A stretch of 64,000 nt of DNA from Nitrosopumilus sp. (GCA_963662625.1 OY759726.1:1632001-1696000), one strand, 5' to 3'; shown: positions 10,680-21,442, numbered from the stretch's first letter. Numbers and translations are program-made. The notes: generated by a model not told the origin, from the sequence alone.

Positions 10680-11120
10680 TCAACACGGGTGATGCGGTGG
10701 GCTGACGCCGTCCCGACCAGCCTGGCCCCTCATGCGGCAGCGGCAGGGGGCGCAAGCACTGCAGGCGGCCCGGGCAGGGCGGGTACTGCAGGCGGCCACC
10801 GGGCCGCGCGGCTCCGGGAGCGGGCCCGGCGCGCCAGGCACGCCGTTCCCCGTGCCGTCATGGCTCACGAGCGAGAACGGCATGTCGCGCGCCCTCCCGA
10901 ACATGTCCCACTTCCTGTCCAGCAGGTGCCCCGGGAGCGCCCTGGCGGGGGACAGGCCATGCCTGTTGCAGGTGCGCGTGACCGCGGGCAGCACCGACAG
11001 CGTGTCCCTGCCCTCCAGGGCCACCGTCTTGTGCCGCGCGTTGCGCTGCGACATTGCCACGTCGCGCATCTCGCGCTTGGTGTTGTTGTTGTGTGGAGGC
11101 ATGCCCGCGAGCATCCCCAC
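10680..11120 (-). pseudogene. IS66-family transposase C-terminal remnant
   Basis: GMPPHNNNTKREMRD resembles the IS66 NN..ER..R motif; downstream sequence is GC-eroded. Confidence 0.55.
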
Positions 11121-11167
11121 CAGCGCCGGAAGGTAGATTAACGGCGGCCGGGACTTGCAACCTGTAC

Positions 11168-11425
11168 ATGGGAACGTACCGCGTCCACGTCGTAATAGAG
11201 AACAAGCCGGGAATGAGGGATCCTGAGGGCGAGACGATCCTCAACGACCTCGTGGTCAAGGCCGGGGCCGCCGGCGTGTCGGAGATACGGGCGGCCAAGA
11301 TGCTGAAGTTTACCGTGGACGGGGACGGCGAGGGGGACGCCGTGGAGAAGGTGCGCGGCATATGCGACGAGCTGAGGATCTACAACCCGCTCGTGAGCCG
11401 GGTGACGGTCACGGTCCCGGGCTAG
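11168..11425 (+). CDS. purS: Phosphoribosylformylglycinamidine synthase subunit PurS
   Basis: KPGMRDPEGETI and IYNPLV motifs. Confidence 0.92.
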   Translation: MGTYRVHVVIENKPGMRDPEGETILNDLVVKAGAAGVSEIRAAKMLKFTVDGDGEGDAVEKVRGICDELRIYNPLVSRVTVTVPG

Positions 11426-11838
11426 CCCTTTGCCGCCCTTTCCACCGTGCCGTCTATGAGGAGCCTGCTGCGCAGGAACTCCGTCAGGTCGGTCTGGGTT
11501 ATGATCCCCGCCATCTTCTTGCCATCAAGCACGAGGAGCCGCCTGACGTTGCCGTTGAGCATCTTCCGGACAGCCTCCTCCACCGTGCTGTCCGGGGCGA
11601 CCCACTTGAACCTCCTGGTCATGATGCTGCCCAGCCTGACCTTCCCTGGAACCCTGTTCTTCGCCACGATCTTGTGGACAAAGTCCCTCTCGGTCACCAG
11701 CCCGACGGGCTCGGAGTCGCTGGTCACCACCAGGAAGCTGATCTTCCTCTCCTTGAGCACGGCCGCCGCGTCAAGCGCGGTCTTGTCGTCTCCTATGCTC
11801 ACGACGTCCCTCACCATGATGTCGCGGACGTGTGCCAT
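11422..11838 (-). CDS. CBS domain pair protein
   Basis: VRDIM, GLVTERD, GIITQTD. Confidence 0.88.
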   Translation of the reverse strand: MAHVRDIMVRDVVSIGDDKTALDAAAVLKERKISFLVVTSDSEPVGLVTERDFVHKIVAKNRVPGKVRLGSIMTRRFKWVAPDSTVEEAVRKMLNGNVRRLLVLDGKKMAGIITQTDLTEFLRSRLLIDGTVERAAKG

Positions 11839-12329
11839 GCCTACCGGCGGCCCCGCTCGCCTTAAATTTTTTTGGTTGGAAGTAGCGTACGCCATCAGGC
11901 GCAGCTCAGGCAAATTTACGCAAATAACCCACAAGCCTAGATCGCTACGCATTGATCCTGCCCCTCCCAAGCCACCACATGGCGGATTCCGAGGCTACGG
12001 TTCTGCGCAGGGAGCTTGCAAGGGGCGTTGCCCAGTATTCAATTGTGCGGAAAGCCGGTCCGCGCCGGATCAGGAGGACGGCGGCCGGCCATTTTGGGCC
12101 GTGCCGGCCACGGAAGGCCATGACAGGGAGACCTGCCGGGGGGTTCCTGGAGTGCCCGGCCAGGCGGCGAGAGAAGGGCGTGCCGGCCGCCAGGGTGGCG
12201 GCGGGCCCCGGAACCGCCGCAAGGCACGTGCGGGGGCCGTGGGCGAGGTTCCTGGAGGCAGGAACGACATGGGCGGGGACCCTCCCGGGTTCCGGAAGCC
12301 CACCGCGTCCGGGGCGGGGCCCCTGGACC

Positions 12330-13665
12330 CAGTACTTGAAAATGTACTAGCCGGCAGACGCCTGGTTGGGCCAGGCCCGGCCGCCATACGCCGCGCACGC
12401 GGCCAGCCTCGCCATGTACTCCAGCATGACCGCCAGCCGGACCGGGGCGGTGTCGCGCCTCCCGTACCACCCGGCGGACCATTCCGCCGACATCATCCAC
12501 GGGTCGTGCATGACCAGCGCCATGAAGAACATGAACGTCCTGACTGAGGGGTTCGTGCTGGTGGTCCTGGGCCTGGCCTTCTCGGCGTCCCCGTGCCCCG
12601 TCCCTGTCCCCCACCTCTTCCTGTACTCGTCGGGGACGTCGGCGGCTCGGACCGCCCTGCCGGCGCCGGCGTTGGTGGCGTACGCCAGGTGCCCCTCCTG
12701 CGCGTCCCCCGGGCCCCGCCCGTCCTCGCCCTCCTTCGGGACCATCGCCAGGGCGGACGGCTCCCTGGCCCTCCCGTCCCGGGGCGCCGGGCGTGCGGGG
12801 ACGCCGCATCCCTCTCCCCGCGCGCGTGCTCCCCCACGGCCCCCTTCGCCCCGGCCGTCCGCGACGCGGGCATGACGAGCCCGTGGCCCGGCCCGGACAG
12901 CTCCCCGACGGCCCCTGCCGAGAAGAAGCCCCGGCCCGGCAGGACCGGCCCCGGGCGGACGCCCGCGCCAGTGCAGTCACGCAGCAGTTCACGCACGGTC
13001 TCGGCCCCCGTGCTCCCCTTCTTGGGCCCGCGCGCCGGGTCCGGCCCCGGCCCGTCCACCATCTGGGCGGTGGCGTACCCCTCGAAGCGCGACGTCCCGT
13101 TCCCGTGCCTCGCGCGCACCAGCTGCTCCCCCCCGGTGGCGGGGTTCCTGCCGTGCCTGGGCATCGGGCGGCAGGCCGGGGCCACGGCGTGGGACGCCCC
13201 CCCCACGATGATCCCGGCGCGACGGGCCCCGCGCACCGTGGAGCTCAGGGCGTCCCTGCACCTGCCCTCCATGGTGCCGGGATCCCGGCACGCCCCCCCT
13301 ATCCTGGACAGGAACCACGCCGACGACGGCACGCGGCGGGGCCCGTGGCGCACGGCGAGCGCCCCGGTGGCGCCCGACGCGCACGAGCGGTTCCCGCACG
13401 CCGGTACCGGCACGCGCACGGGGCCGGCCATGCCGCACGCGGCGTCGTGCCGGCCCGAGAACCTGATGCCCGCCTTCCCAAGCAGCCGTGGCAACGTTTT
13501 AAACGCCTTGCCCACCACCTCAAGCCGGCGCCCCCGTGGTTCGTTTTGGTGGTACACGATGGATGACAGGGGCGCCTGATCCATTGGTTTTTCTGTCCAA
13601 AACGTTCACGGATCGTGTCAAAACATGCTGGCCGGTGCCCCGCGGGGGTACATTTTCAACTACTG
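12330..13665 (-). mobile_element. ISH3-family (IS4-like) element, degenerate and frameshifted copy
   Basis: TIR cagta.ttgaaaatgtac, 5-bp TSD ggacc on both sides, transposase paralogous to 13716-14954. Confidence 0.85.
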
Positions 13666-13698
13666 GGACCGGGGCGCCGGGCCCATGAACCCCAGGCC

Positions 13699-15035
13699 CA
13701 GTAGATCGAAATGTACTAGCCGCCAGACGACTGGTTGGGCCACGCCCGGCAGCCATCCGTCCCGCCCGCAGCCATCCCCACCATGCACTCCAGCATGACC
13801 GCCAGCCGGATCGAGGCGGTGTCGCGGCTCCCGTACCACCCGGCGGACCATTCCACCGACATCATCCACAGGTTGTACATCACCAGCGCCATGAAGAACA
13901 GGAACGTCCTGACCGAGGCGTCCGGGCTGGTGGTCCTGGGCCTGGCCTTCTCGGCGTCCCTGTACCCGGTCTCTATCCCCCACCTCTTCCGGTACTCGTC
14001 AGGGACGTCGGCGGCGCGCACCGCCCTGCCGGCGTCCGCGTTGGTGGCGTACGCCAGGTACCTCTCCTGCGCGTCCCCCGAGTCCCACCCGTCCTCGCCC
14101 TCCTTCTTCGGGACTATCACCAGGGTGAACGGCTCGCTGGCCTTCCTGTCCTGGGGCGTCAGGGCGTGCGGGGACACCGCGGCCCTCTCCCCGCGGGCGT
14201 GCTCCCCCACGGCCCTCTTTATCCCGGCAGTCCGCGACGCGGGCATGATGAACCTGTGGCCCGACCCGGACAGCTCCCCGACGACCCCTGCCGAGAAGAA
14301 TCCCCGGTCCAGCAGGACCAGCCTGGGGCGGACGCCCACGCCAGCGCAGTCACGCAGCAGCTCGCGCACGATTCCGGCCCCCGTGCTCCCCCCCTTGGGC
14401 CTGCACGCCAGGTTCAGCCCCGGCCCGTCCACCATCTGGGCGGTGGCGTACCCCTCGAAGCGCGACGTCCCGGACCTGTGCCTCGCGCGCACCAGCTGCT
14501 CCTCCCTGGTCGCGGGATCCCTGTCGTACCTGGGTATCAGGTGGTAGTCCAGGGCCACGACGCAGCGGATCCGCCTGAGGATCCTCGACCGCCCGGCATC
14601 CCGCACGGTGGATGCGAGGGCGCCGGCGCACCGCTCCCGCATGGCGTCCGGTTCGGGGCACGCCCCCCGTATCCTGGAGAGCACCCACGCCGACGACGGC
14701 ACGCGGCGGGGCCCGTGGCGCACGGCGAGCGTCCCGGTGGCGCCAGACGCGCACGCGCGGTCCCTGCACATGGACACCAGAACGCGCACGAAGTCGGCCA
14801 TGCCGTACACGGCGTTGTGCCGGCCCGAGAACCCGATGCCCGCCCTCTCCAGCAGCCCGGGCAACATTTTAAACGCCTTGCCGGCCACCCTGAGTCGGTG
14901 CCCCTGCGGTTCGTTTTGGTTGTACATGACGGATGACAGGGGCGCCTGATCCATTGGTTTTTCTGTCCAAAACGTTCCAGTGCCAGGTCAATACATGCTG
15001 GCCAACGCCCCACAGGGGTACATTTCGATCTACTG
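13699..15035 (-). mobile_element. ISH3-family (IS4-like) element with full-length transposase ORF 13716-14954
   Basis: TIR cagtagatcgaaatgtac, 5-bp TSD aggcc, DDE motifs ALDYH, LLDRGFF, YRKRWGIETGYR. Confidence 0.88.
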
Positions 15036-15256
15036 AGGCCGCACCGCCCCCGGGCCAACGGGAAGGCCGGGAGGCCCTTCCGGGGCGCGGGGGACGGGAC
15101 ACGGCGCCACGGGGGCATGCCCGGGCACGCCGGGCACTGCAACGGGGACAGGCTGCACCTCTCCCCGGGCACCGGCAACTGCCAGACCCCGCTGAGGGCC
15201 TTCCACGACAGGGAGGCCGCGGACGCGATCAGGAAAGGCGACCCCAAGCGGGTGGA

Positions 15257-15364
15257 GGCGGGCACGGCTGGCTGGCGGACCGACTTTTCATACCGTACCG
15301 TGCGGCATGGGCAAAAACCGGCAGGGCGGCGGGCACGGATGGCTGGCGGACCGACTTTTCATAC
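15257..15364. repeat. 37-bp direct repeat pair (1 mismatch) with 34-bp insert inside the IS481 right end
   Basis: 15257-15293 and 15328-15364; this segment is single-copy in the IS at 42241. Confidence 0.92.
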
Positions 15365-15420
15365 ACTACAAGCAGGCTAACTAGATCGATGCCTTTTTAA
15401 CCCCCCCCCCATGGTATCGC

Positions 15421-16860
15421 ATGGCAATCGTAGCGTTGTCCGTGCTGTTGGTGGCCGCGTGCGTAGTGGCCGCAGGCTGCCTTGACGTGGCATATGGCTC
15501 GGCTTTTACCCCCGGCTCGTTCGTGACCACCTGGAAGACAGCATACCCCAACGAGACCATAACAATTCCGGTCGGCGGTGCCACCGGCAGCTATACGGTG
15601 GACTGGGGGGACGGCAGCACCACCACACAGGCGGGGAATGCTACGCACACGTACGCGGCGGCCGGCACCTACACCGTCCAGATATCGGGCGACTTTACCA
15701 GGATCTTCCTGGCCAGCGACAGCACCAACGCGGCTAAGATGCGCTCCATAGAGCAGTGGGGATCCACCCAGTGGGATACGATGGAAAGCGCGTTCCGTTA
15801 CGCGCAAAACATGGAATACCGCGCAACGGACGCCCCCAACCTGTCCGGCGTGGCCGACATGGGATCCATGTTCCTTGGGGCCTACGAGTTTACCGGAGAC
15901 CCCTCGTCCTGGGACGTCTCGTCTGTCACCGACATGTCCAACATGTTCCGCAACGCCTTTGCCTTCAACGGCAACGTGTCGTCCTGGGACGTCTCGTCTG
16001 TCACCGACATGTCCGGCATGTTCGTCAACGCCAGGTCCTTCAACCAGCCCATCGGCGCCTGGAACACCTCCAAGGTCACCGACATGTCCGCCATGTTCGT
16101 CAACGCCACGTCCTTCAACCAGCCCCTCAACTCCTGGGACGTCTCCAAGGTCACCGACATGTACAGCATGTTCTGGAAGGCGTCGTCCTTCAACCAGCCC
16201 CTCAACTCCTGGGACGTCTCGGGCGTGATCAACATGTCCAGCATGTTCCAGAACGCCACCTCCTTCAACCAGCCCCTCTCCTCCTGGAACGTCTCAAGCG
16301 TAGAAGATATGTCCTACATGTTCCACAACGCCACGTCCTTCAACCGGCCCCTCGCCTCCTGGGAAGTCTCGCGCCTGGACAACGCGTCCGGGATGTTCTT
16401 CCAAGCCACCTCCTTCAACCAGCCCCTCAACTCCTGGTACATCTCTTCACTCAGAAACGTGAACCACATGTTTGAGAAGGCGTCGTCCTTCAACCAGCCC
16501 CTCGACAACTGGAACGTGTCGAGGATAGACGGCATGAAGGACATGCTGTTCGCCACACCCTTCGCCCAGAACCTCGCGCCCTGGTACATAATACCGGAAG
16601 ACACCGAGGTGGAGCCGGGCCAGGCGGTGGTCACGACCATCTCCGCCCAGAACTCCTACATCGGCAACCGCGCCTCGTACACGCTGGCACCAGAGGACGA
16701 CTATTCCCATTTCACCATAAGCGGCCACCTCCTAAAGTCGATCTCCCCCAGCTACGCAAAGGAGACGTACGACATCACCATCCTGGCCAAGGACGTGCTC
16801 GGCCTGCCAGAGGGGGTGTTCCACCCGATGGAAATTACCATCACCGTAACGCAGCCCTGA
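15421..16860 (+). CDS. Secreted DUF285/BspA-like surface repeat protein
   Basis: Signal peptide, VDWGDG, about ten 25-aa repeats FNQPLNSWDVS.VTDM..MF. Confidence 0.9.
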   Translation: MAIVALSVLLVAACVVAAGCLDVAYGSAFTPGSFVTTWKTAYPNETITIPVGGATGSYTVDWGDGSTTTQAGNATHTYAAAGTYTVQISGDFTRIFLASDSTNAAKMRSIEQWGSTQWDTMESAFRYAQNMEYRATDAPNLSGVADMGSMFLGAYEFTGDPSSWDVSSVTDMSNMFRNAFAFNGNVSSWDVSSVTDMSGMFVNARSFNQPIGAWNTSKVTDMSAMFVNATSFNQPLNSWDVSKVTDMYSMFWKASSFNQPLNSWDVSGVINMSSMFQNATSFNQPLSSWNVSSVEDMSYMFHNATSFNRPLASWEVSRLDNASGMFFQATSFNQPLNSWYISSLRNVNHMFEKASSFNQPLDNWNVSRIDGMKDMLFATPFAQNLAPWYIIPEDTEVEPGQAVVTTISAQNSYIGNRASYTLAPEDDYSHFTISGHLLKSISPSYAKETYDITILAKDVLGLPEGVFHPMEITITVTQP

Positions 16861-17115
16861 TCCCCGGCAGGCCATTTGGCCACGGTTCCGGCCAACGCAA
16901 CGGCTGCCGCCGGCATGGCATGCGTCCCGGCGGCATGGCCGCGTCCTTGCATGGCGGGCGCGGCGCCGCCCCGGTCAGGCCGGGGCGCGCGGCGGCGATG
17001 GAAGCAAGCGCGGCGCATGGCGGCGGGCACAAATTCGGGCCTCCGGGTGCCCACGCCGGCCCGCCCGCGGCGGGGGCTGGACTCAAATTAAATACGACCC
17101 CGTGTAAACCCGGTT

Positions 17116-17796
17116 GTGAAGGTCGGAGTCGTGGTTTTTCCAGGCAGCAACTGCGATCGCGACATGTACCACGTGCTGTCCGACGTCTTTGGCTTCGAGG
17201 CGCGGTACCTCTGGCACGAGAGCCCCGTGCCCGGCGACGTCGACGCCGTGGTGCTCCCCGGGGGGTTCTCCTACGGGGACAGGCTGCGCGCGGGGGCCAT
17301 CGCCGCGCGCAGCCCGGCGATCGGCCACGTCCGCAGGCTGGCCCGGGAGGGGGTTCCTGTCCTGGGGGTCTGCAACGGGTTCCAGATACTGGTGGAGGCC
17401 GGACTGCTTCCGGGGGCCCTGCTGAGGAACGACTCGCTGGGCTTCATGTGCAGGTGGACCTCCCTCGTGGTGGAGAACGACCGCACGCCGTTCACGAACA
17501 GGCTCAGGGCGGGCCAGAGGGTGCCGATCCCCGTCGCCAACGGGGAGGGGAGGTACTACGCGGACGGGCCGACGCTGGAGTCCCTCGAGAGGAACGGCCA
17601 GGTAGTGTTCAGGTACGAGGACGCCGTGAACGGATCCACCTCCCGCATAGCGGGAGTCTGCAACGAGGAGGGGAACGTGGTGGGGATGATGCCCCACCCG
17701 GAGCGCGCCGCGGAGGCCGAGATCAACCCCGCGGACAGCGGGCCCTCGTCGCTCATATTCGAGTCGCTGATGGGATCGGCGGGTGCGGCGAATTGA
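17116..17796 (+). CDS. purQ: FGAM synthase glutaminase subunit PurQ
   Basis: FPGSNCD, PGGFSYGD, GVCNGFQ, MMPHPER. Confidence 0.96.
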   Translation: MKVGVVVFPGSNCDRDMYHVLSDVFGFEARYLWHESPVPGDVDAVVLPGGFSYGDRLRAGAIAARSPAIGHVRRLAREGVPVLGVCNGFQILVEAGLLPGALLRNDSLGFMCRWTSLVVENDRTPFTNRLRAGQRVPIPVANGEGRYYADGPTLESLERNGQVVFRYEDAVNGSTSRIAGVCNEEGNVVGMMPHPERAAEAEINPADSGPSSLIFESLMGSAGAAN

Positions 17797-19955
17797 GCCT
17801 GGAACCGCGGGAGTTACGGGAACTCGTGGACAGGATCGGCAGGGAGCCGACGCCCACCGAGCTCCAGATCGTCGCCGCCGAGTGGTCCGAGCACTGCTCG
17901 TACAAGTCGTCGAGGAAGCACCTCGGGGTGCTGCCCATGGACGGCCCGGCGGTGGTCTCGGGTAGGGGCTACGACTCGGGGGTCCTGGACGTCGGGGGCG
18001 GCTACGTGGTCACCGCCCACATCGAGAGCCACAACCACCCGTCGGCCGTGGAGCCGTACGGCGGGGCGGCCACCGGGGTGGGCGGCGTGATACGCGACAT
18101 ACTCTCCACGGGGACCCGCCCCATCGCCATACTCGACGGGCTGCGCTTTGGCGACGTCGAGAGCGACCCGCACGCCAGGTGGCTGTTCCGGAACGCGGTC
18201 GCCGGGATAGCCGACTATGGCAACTGCCTCGGAGTGCCCACGGTCGGCGGCGAGGTGGAGTTCGACGCCTGCTACTCCGGCTACGCCCTGGTGGACGTGG
18301 CGGCCGTGGGGTTCGGCAGGAGGGAGAACCTGATCAGGAACCGCGCCGGGGAGGGAGACCTGGTGGTGCTGCTTGGCGGCCATACCGGGCGGGACGGCAT
18401 CGGGGGCTCGCAGTTCGCCTCCGATCCGCTGGAGTCCGAGGACCGCTCCGCGGTCCAGATACCTGACCCGTTCACCGAGAAGCTGGTGATCGAGGCGGTC
18501 CTGGAGGCCAGGAACGCGCGGCTCATCCACGCGATAAAGGACCTGGGGGGCGGGGGCCTGTCGTGCGCGGTGTCCGAGACCGCCGACTCCCTGTCCGTGG
18601 GGATGCGGATGGACGTGGACATGGTCCACACGCGCGAGGAGGGGATGCGCCAGGAGGAGATCATGGTGTCCGAGTCCCAGGAGCGGATGCTGGTGATAAC
18701 CGACCGGGAGAAGCTGCCTGCGCTCCGGGCGATATGCGACAAGTTCCGCGTCGCGGCGTCGGTGATCGGGACGGTGACCTCCGACAACACGCTGCACGTC
18801 ACCAAGGGGGGAGCCACGTGCGCGCGCCTGCCGACCGGCGTCGTGGCTAACGCCACGCTGCTCGACAGGCCGTCCCGGAGGCCCTCGTACCTGGACGGCA
18901 TCGGGAGCGGGGACGGCATAGGGCCGCCGTCGGACTATGCCGCCACGCTGCTCCGGATGCTGTCGGCGCCGAACATCGCTAGCAGGATCTGGGTCTACGG
19001 CCAGTACGACCACGAGGTCGGGATCCGCACCGTGGTGAGGCCCGGCGGGGACGCGTCGGTGCTGAGGCTCGACAACGGGAGGTTCCTCTCGGTCAAGATC
19101 GACGGCAACCCGAAGCACTGCTACCTCGACCCGCGGGAGGGGGCGATAGGGTGCTTCGAGGAGGCGTGCAGGAACGTCGCGTGCACCGGGGCCAAGCCCG
19201 CTGGGATGCTCGACCACCTGCAGTTCGGGAGCCCGGAGGATCCCGAGATATTCTGGACGTTCCTGGAGTCCGTCCGCGGCCTGGCCGACTTTGCGAGGCA
19301 CCTCGGGATCCCGTGCATCGGCGGCAAGGTGAGCCTGTACAACGAGACCCCCGCGGGCCCGATCAAGCCCACCCCCCTGGTCGGGGTCCTGGGGCTGGCA
19401 GACAGGGCACACGTGCCGCGGGCCGCCTCCCCTGGGGACTGCATCGTGGCCGTCGGGGACACGCGCGACGAGATGGGCGGATCCGAGTACTTTGAGTACG
19501 TCCACGGGTTCGTGGGCGGCAGGTGCCCCGCGGTGGACTTTGAAGAGTCGGTCAGGAACATGGGGGCGGTCATCGAGGCGGTCGGCGGGGGCCTCGCGAA
19601 GAACGCGCACGACTGCTCCAAGGGGGGCATGGCCGTGGCTGTGTCAGAGCTCTGCATGGCGGGCGGCGCCGGCTGCGACGTGTCGGTGGGGGACGTCCCT
19701 GGCCCGGGACTCGGGCCGGACAGGGCGATGTTCTCCGAGAGCCACTCCAGGTACGTCCTGGTGGCCGAGAGGGGGGACCTGGAGCCGCTGCTGGGGCTGC
19801 TGCGGAGGAGCGGGGCCCCGCACCGGCTGGTGGGCGAGTTCACCGGTGGCGGGATGCGGTTCCGCGAGGGCGGCAGGGACGTCGCCGACGTCGGGGTCGG
19901 CAGGGCGCGGGACGCCTGGCTCAACTCGCTGGGGAGGCTGGCGTCCCGTGGTTAA
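17793..19955 (+). CDS. purL: FGAM synthase subunit PurL
   Basis: WSEHCSYKSS, ESHNHPS, DLGGGGL, SESQERM; TTG start overlaps the purQ stop. Confidence 0.96.
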   Translation: MSLEPRELRELVDRIGREPTPTELQIVAAEWSEHCSYKSSRKHLGVLPMDGPAVVSGRGYDSGVLDVGGGYVVTAHIESHNHPSAVEPYGGAATGVGGVIRDILSTGTRPIAILDGLRFGDVESDPHARWLFRNAVAGIADYGNCLGVPTVGGEVEFDACYSGYALVDVAAVGFGRRENLIRNRAGEGDLVVLLGGHTGRDGIGGSQFASDPLESEDRSAVQIPDPFTEKLVIEAVLEARNARLIHAIKDLGGGGLSCAVSETADSLSVGMRMDVDMVHTREEGMRQEEIMVSESQERMLVITDREKLPALRAICDKFRVAASVIGTVTSDNTLHVTKGGATCARLPTGVVANATLLDRPSRRPSYLDGIGSGDGIGPPSDYAATLLRMLSAPNIASRIWVYGQYDHEVGIRTVVRPGGDASVLRLDNGRFLSVKIDGNPKHCYLDPREGAIGCFEEACRNVACTGAKPAGMLDHLQFGSPEDPEIFWTFLESVRGLADFARHLGIPCIGGKVSLYNETPAGPIKPTPLVGVLGLADRAHVPRAASPGDCIVAVGDTRDEMGGSEYFEYVHGFVGGRCPAVDFEESVRNMGAVIEAVGGGLAKNAHDCSKGGMAVAVSELCMAGGAGCDVSVGDVPGPGLGPDRAMFSESHSRYVLVAERGDLEPLLGLLRRSGAPHRLVGEFTGGGMRFREGGRDVADVGVGRARDAWLNSLGRLASRG

Positions 19956-21417
19956 GGAAAACTGCGGGGTGGTGGGGATATTCAGCCTCAGCGGGACCAA
20001 CGTGGTCCCGATGGCGATCGACGCCCTGCGCGCCCTGCAGCACAGGGGGCAGGAGGCGTGGGGCATCGCCGTCCCGAACAAGCCCCCGTTCAAGAGGCTG
20101 GGGCTGGTGTCCGCGTCCTCGTCGGAGTTCAAGAGGATAGCCGCCGCGTACCGCTCGCACGCCGTGATAGGGCACGTCAGGTACTCCACCATGGGGAGGA
20201 GCTCCATCGAGAACGCCCAGCCGCTCAAGGTGAGGGACCTCTGCGTGGCCCACAACGGGACCATCGCCAACGCCCAGGAGCTGTCCAACATGGTCGGCGG
20301 GTGCTCGTTCACCCCGCAGAACTCGAGCGACACCCTCGTGGCGGCCCAGAGGCTAGTCTCGCTCATCTCCGAGAAGGGCCAGATGGGCAAGGCGCTGGCC
20401 GTGCTGAAGAACGAGATGGCCGGGTCGTACTGCTTCACGTTCATCTCCGACGACGGGTCCGTCTACGCCGCGCGCGACCCCAAGGGGTTCCGCCCGATGG
20501 TGCTGGGGCGCAAGGAATCCGACGACACGTTCATCGTCGCCTCCGAGTCGGCCGCGCTGTCCGCGGTGGGCGCGGCCCTGCAGCGCGACGTGGCCCCCGG
20601 GGAGCTCATCAGGTTCGGCGGGTCCGGGCTGGAGTCCGAGCGCTTCTCCGACGCGTCGGAGCACGCCCACTGCTCCTTCGAGTTCACGTACTTTGCGCAC
20701 CCGTCGAGCAAGATGGAGGACAGGAACGTCTACCTCGCCAGGAAGCGCATCGGGCAGCTCCTGGCCAGGAAGTTCCCGATGCGCGAGGCGGACCTGGTGA
20801 TCCCGGTGCCCGACTCCGCGAGGCCCGCGGCGCTGGGGTACGCCCAGGAGCTCGGCGTCACGTTCGACGAGGGGCTGCTCAAGGACAGGTACAGCAAGAA
20901 GGGCCCGCTCCGGAGCTTCATCGAGCCGCACCAGTCCGACAGGGTGGAGATCAACAGGTGGATAATACCGATCAGGGAGATAATCGAGGGGAGGCACGTG
21001 GTGGTGATCGACGACAGCCTCGTCCGGGGCACCAGCTCGAAGGCCATAATCAAGGCGCTGCGCCGGGCCGGGGCCAAGAGGATCAGCATGCTGATCACCT
21101 ACCCGCAGATCAACTTCCCGTGCTACGCCGGGATAGACTTCCCGTCGCAGCAGGAGCTCGCGACGTACTCCGGCGGGAAGGAGATGGGCGCCGACGAGAT
21201 AACCGAGATGGTGAGGAGGGACATAGGGGCCGACTTCCTGGGGTACAACGACGCCGAAAACCTGGCAGACGCGGTGGGGATCCCACGGGACTCGATGTGC
21301 TTCACGTGCTCCACGGGGGACTACGCCCCGCTGGGGATCGTCCCCGAGTTCAAGGCCCGAGGGGCGGCGGCGCGGCGCGCGCGCGACGCGGCGGCCGGCC
21401 GGGAGCGGTCATCTTAA
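19948..21417 (+). CDS. purF: Amidophosphoribosyltransferase
   Basis: ENCGVVG, LQHRGQE, GHVRYST, VVIDDSLVRGTS. Confidence 0.96.
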   Translation: MVKENCGVVGIFSLSGTNVVPMAIDALRALQHRGQEAWGIAVPNKPPFKRLGLVSASSSEFKRIAAAYRSHAVIGHVRYSTMGRSSIENAQPLKVRDLCVAHNGTIANAQELSNMVGGCSFTPQNSSDTLVAAQRLVSLISEKGQMGKALAVLKNEMAGSYCFTFISDDGSVYAARDPKGFRPMVLGRKESDDTFIVASESAALSAVGAALQRDVAPGELIRFGGSGLESERFSDASEHAHCSFEFTYFAHPSSKMEDRNVYLARKRIGQLLARKFPMREADLVIPVPDSARPAALGYAQELGVTFDEGLLKDRYSKKGPLRSFIEPHQSDRVEINRWIIPIREIIEGRHVVVIDDSLVRGTSSKAIIKALRRAGAKRISMLITYPQINFPCYAGIDFPSQQELATYSGGKEMGADEITEMVRRDIGADFLGYNDAENLADAVGIPRDSMCFTCSTGDYAPLGIVPEFKARGAAARRARDAAAGRERSS

Positions 21418-21442
21418 TTATCAGTGGCGCGATCCGTTACCT

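Larger units (their letters stand above)
12037..15370 (+). mobile_element. Degenerate IS481-family element with internal deletion, hosting two ISH3-family insertions
   Basis: Left end (12037-12280), 33-bp linker (13666-13698) and right end (15036-15370, ending catacactaca) align with the copy at 42241-43283. Confidence 0.8.

Noticed and set aside
12330-15035. Diversity-generating retroelement (template/variable repeat pair with adenine changes)
   Set aside because: No reverse transcriptase in the window; changes are A>G and T>C on the same strand rather than A>N; the repeats are IS copies with TIRs and TSDs
16920-17792. N-terminal extension making PurL 1011 aa (similar extensions on PurF, Cas3 47041-49749, PurP and PurC)
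   Set aside because: Low-complexity GC-rich read-through, mostly overlapping real upstream genes; family homology starts at the downstream starts used
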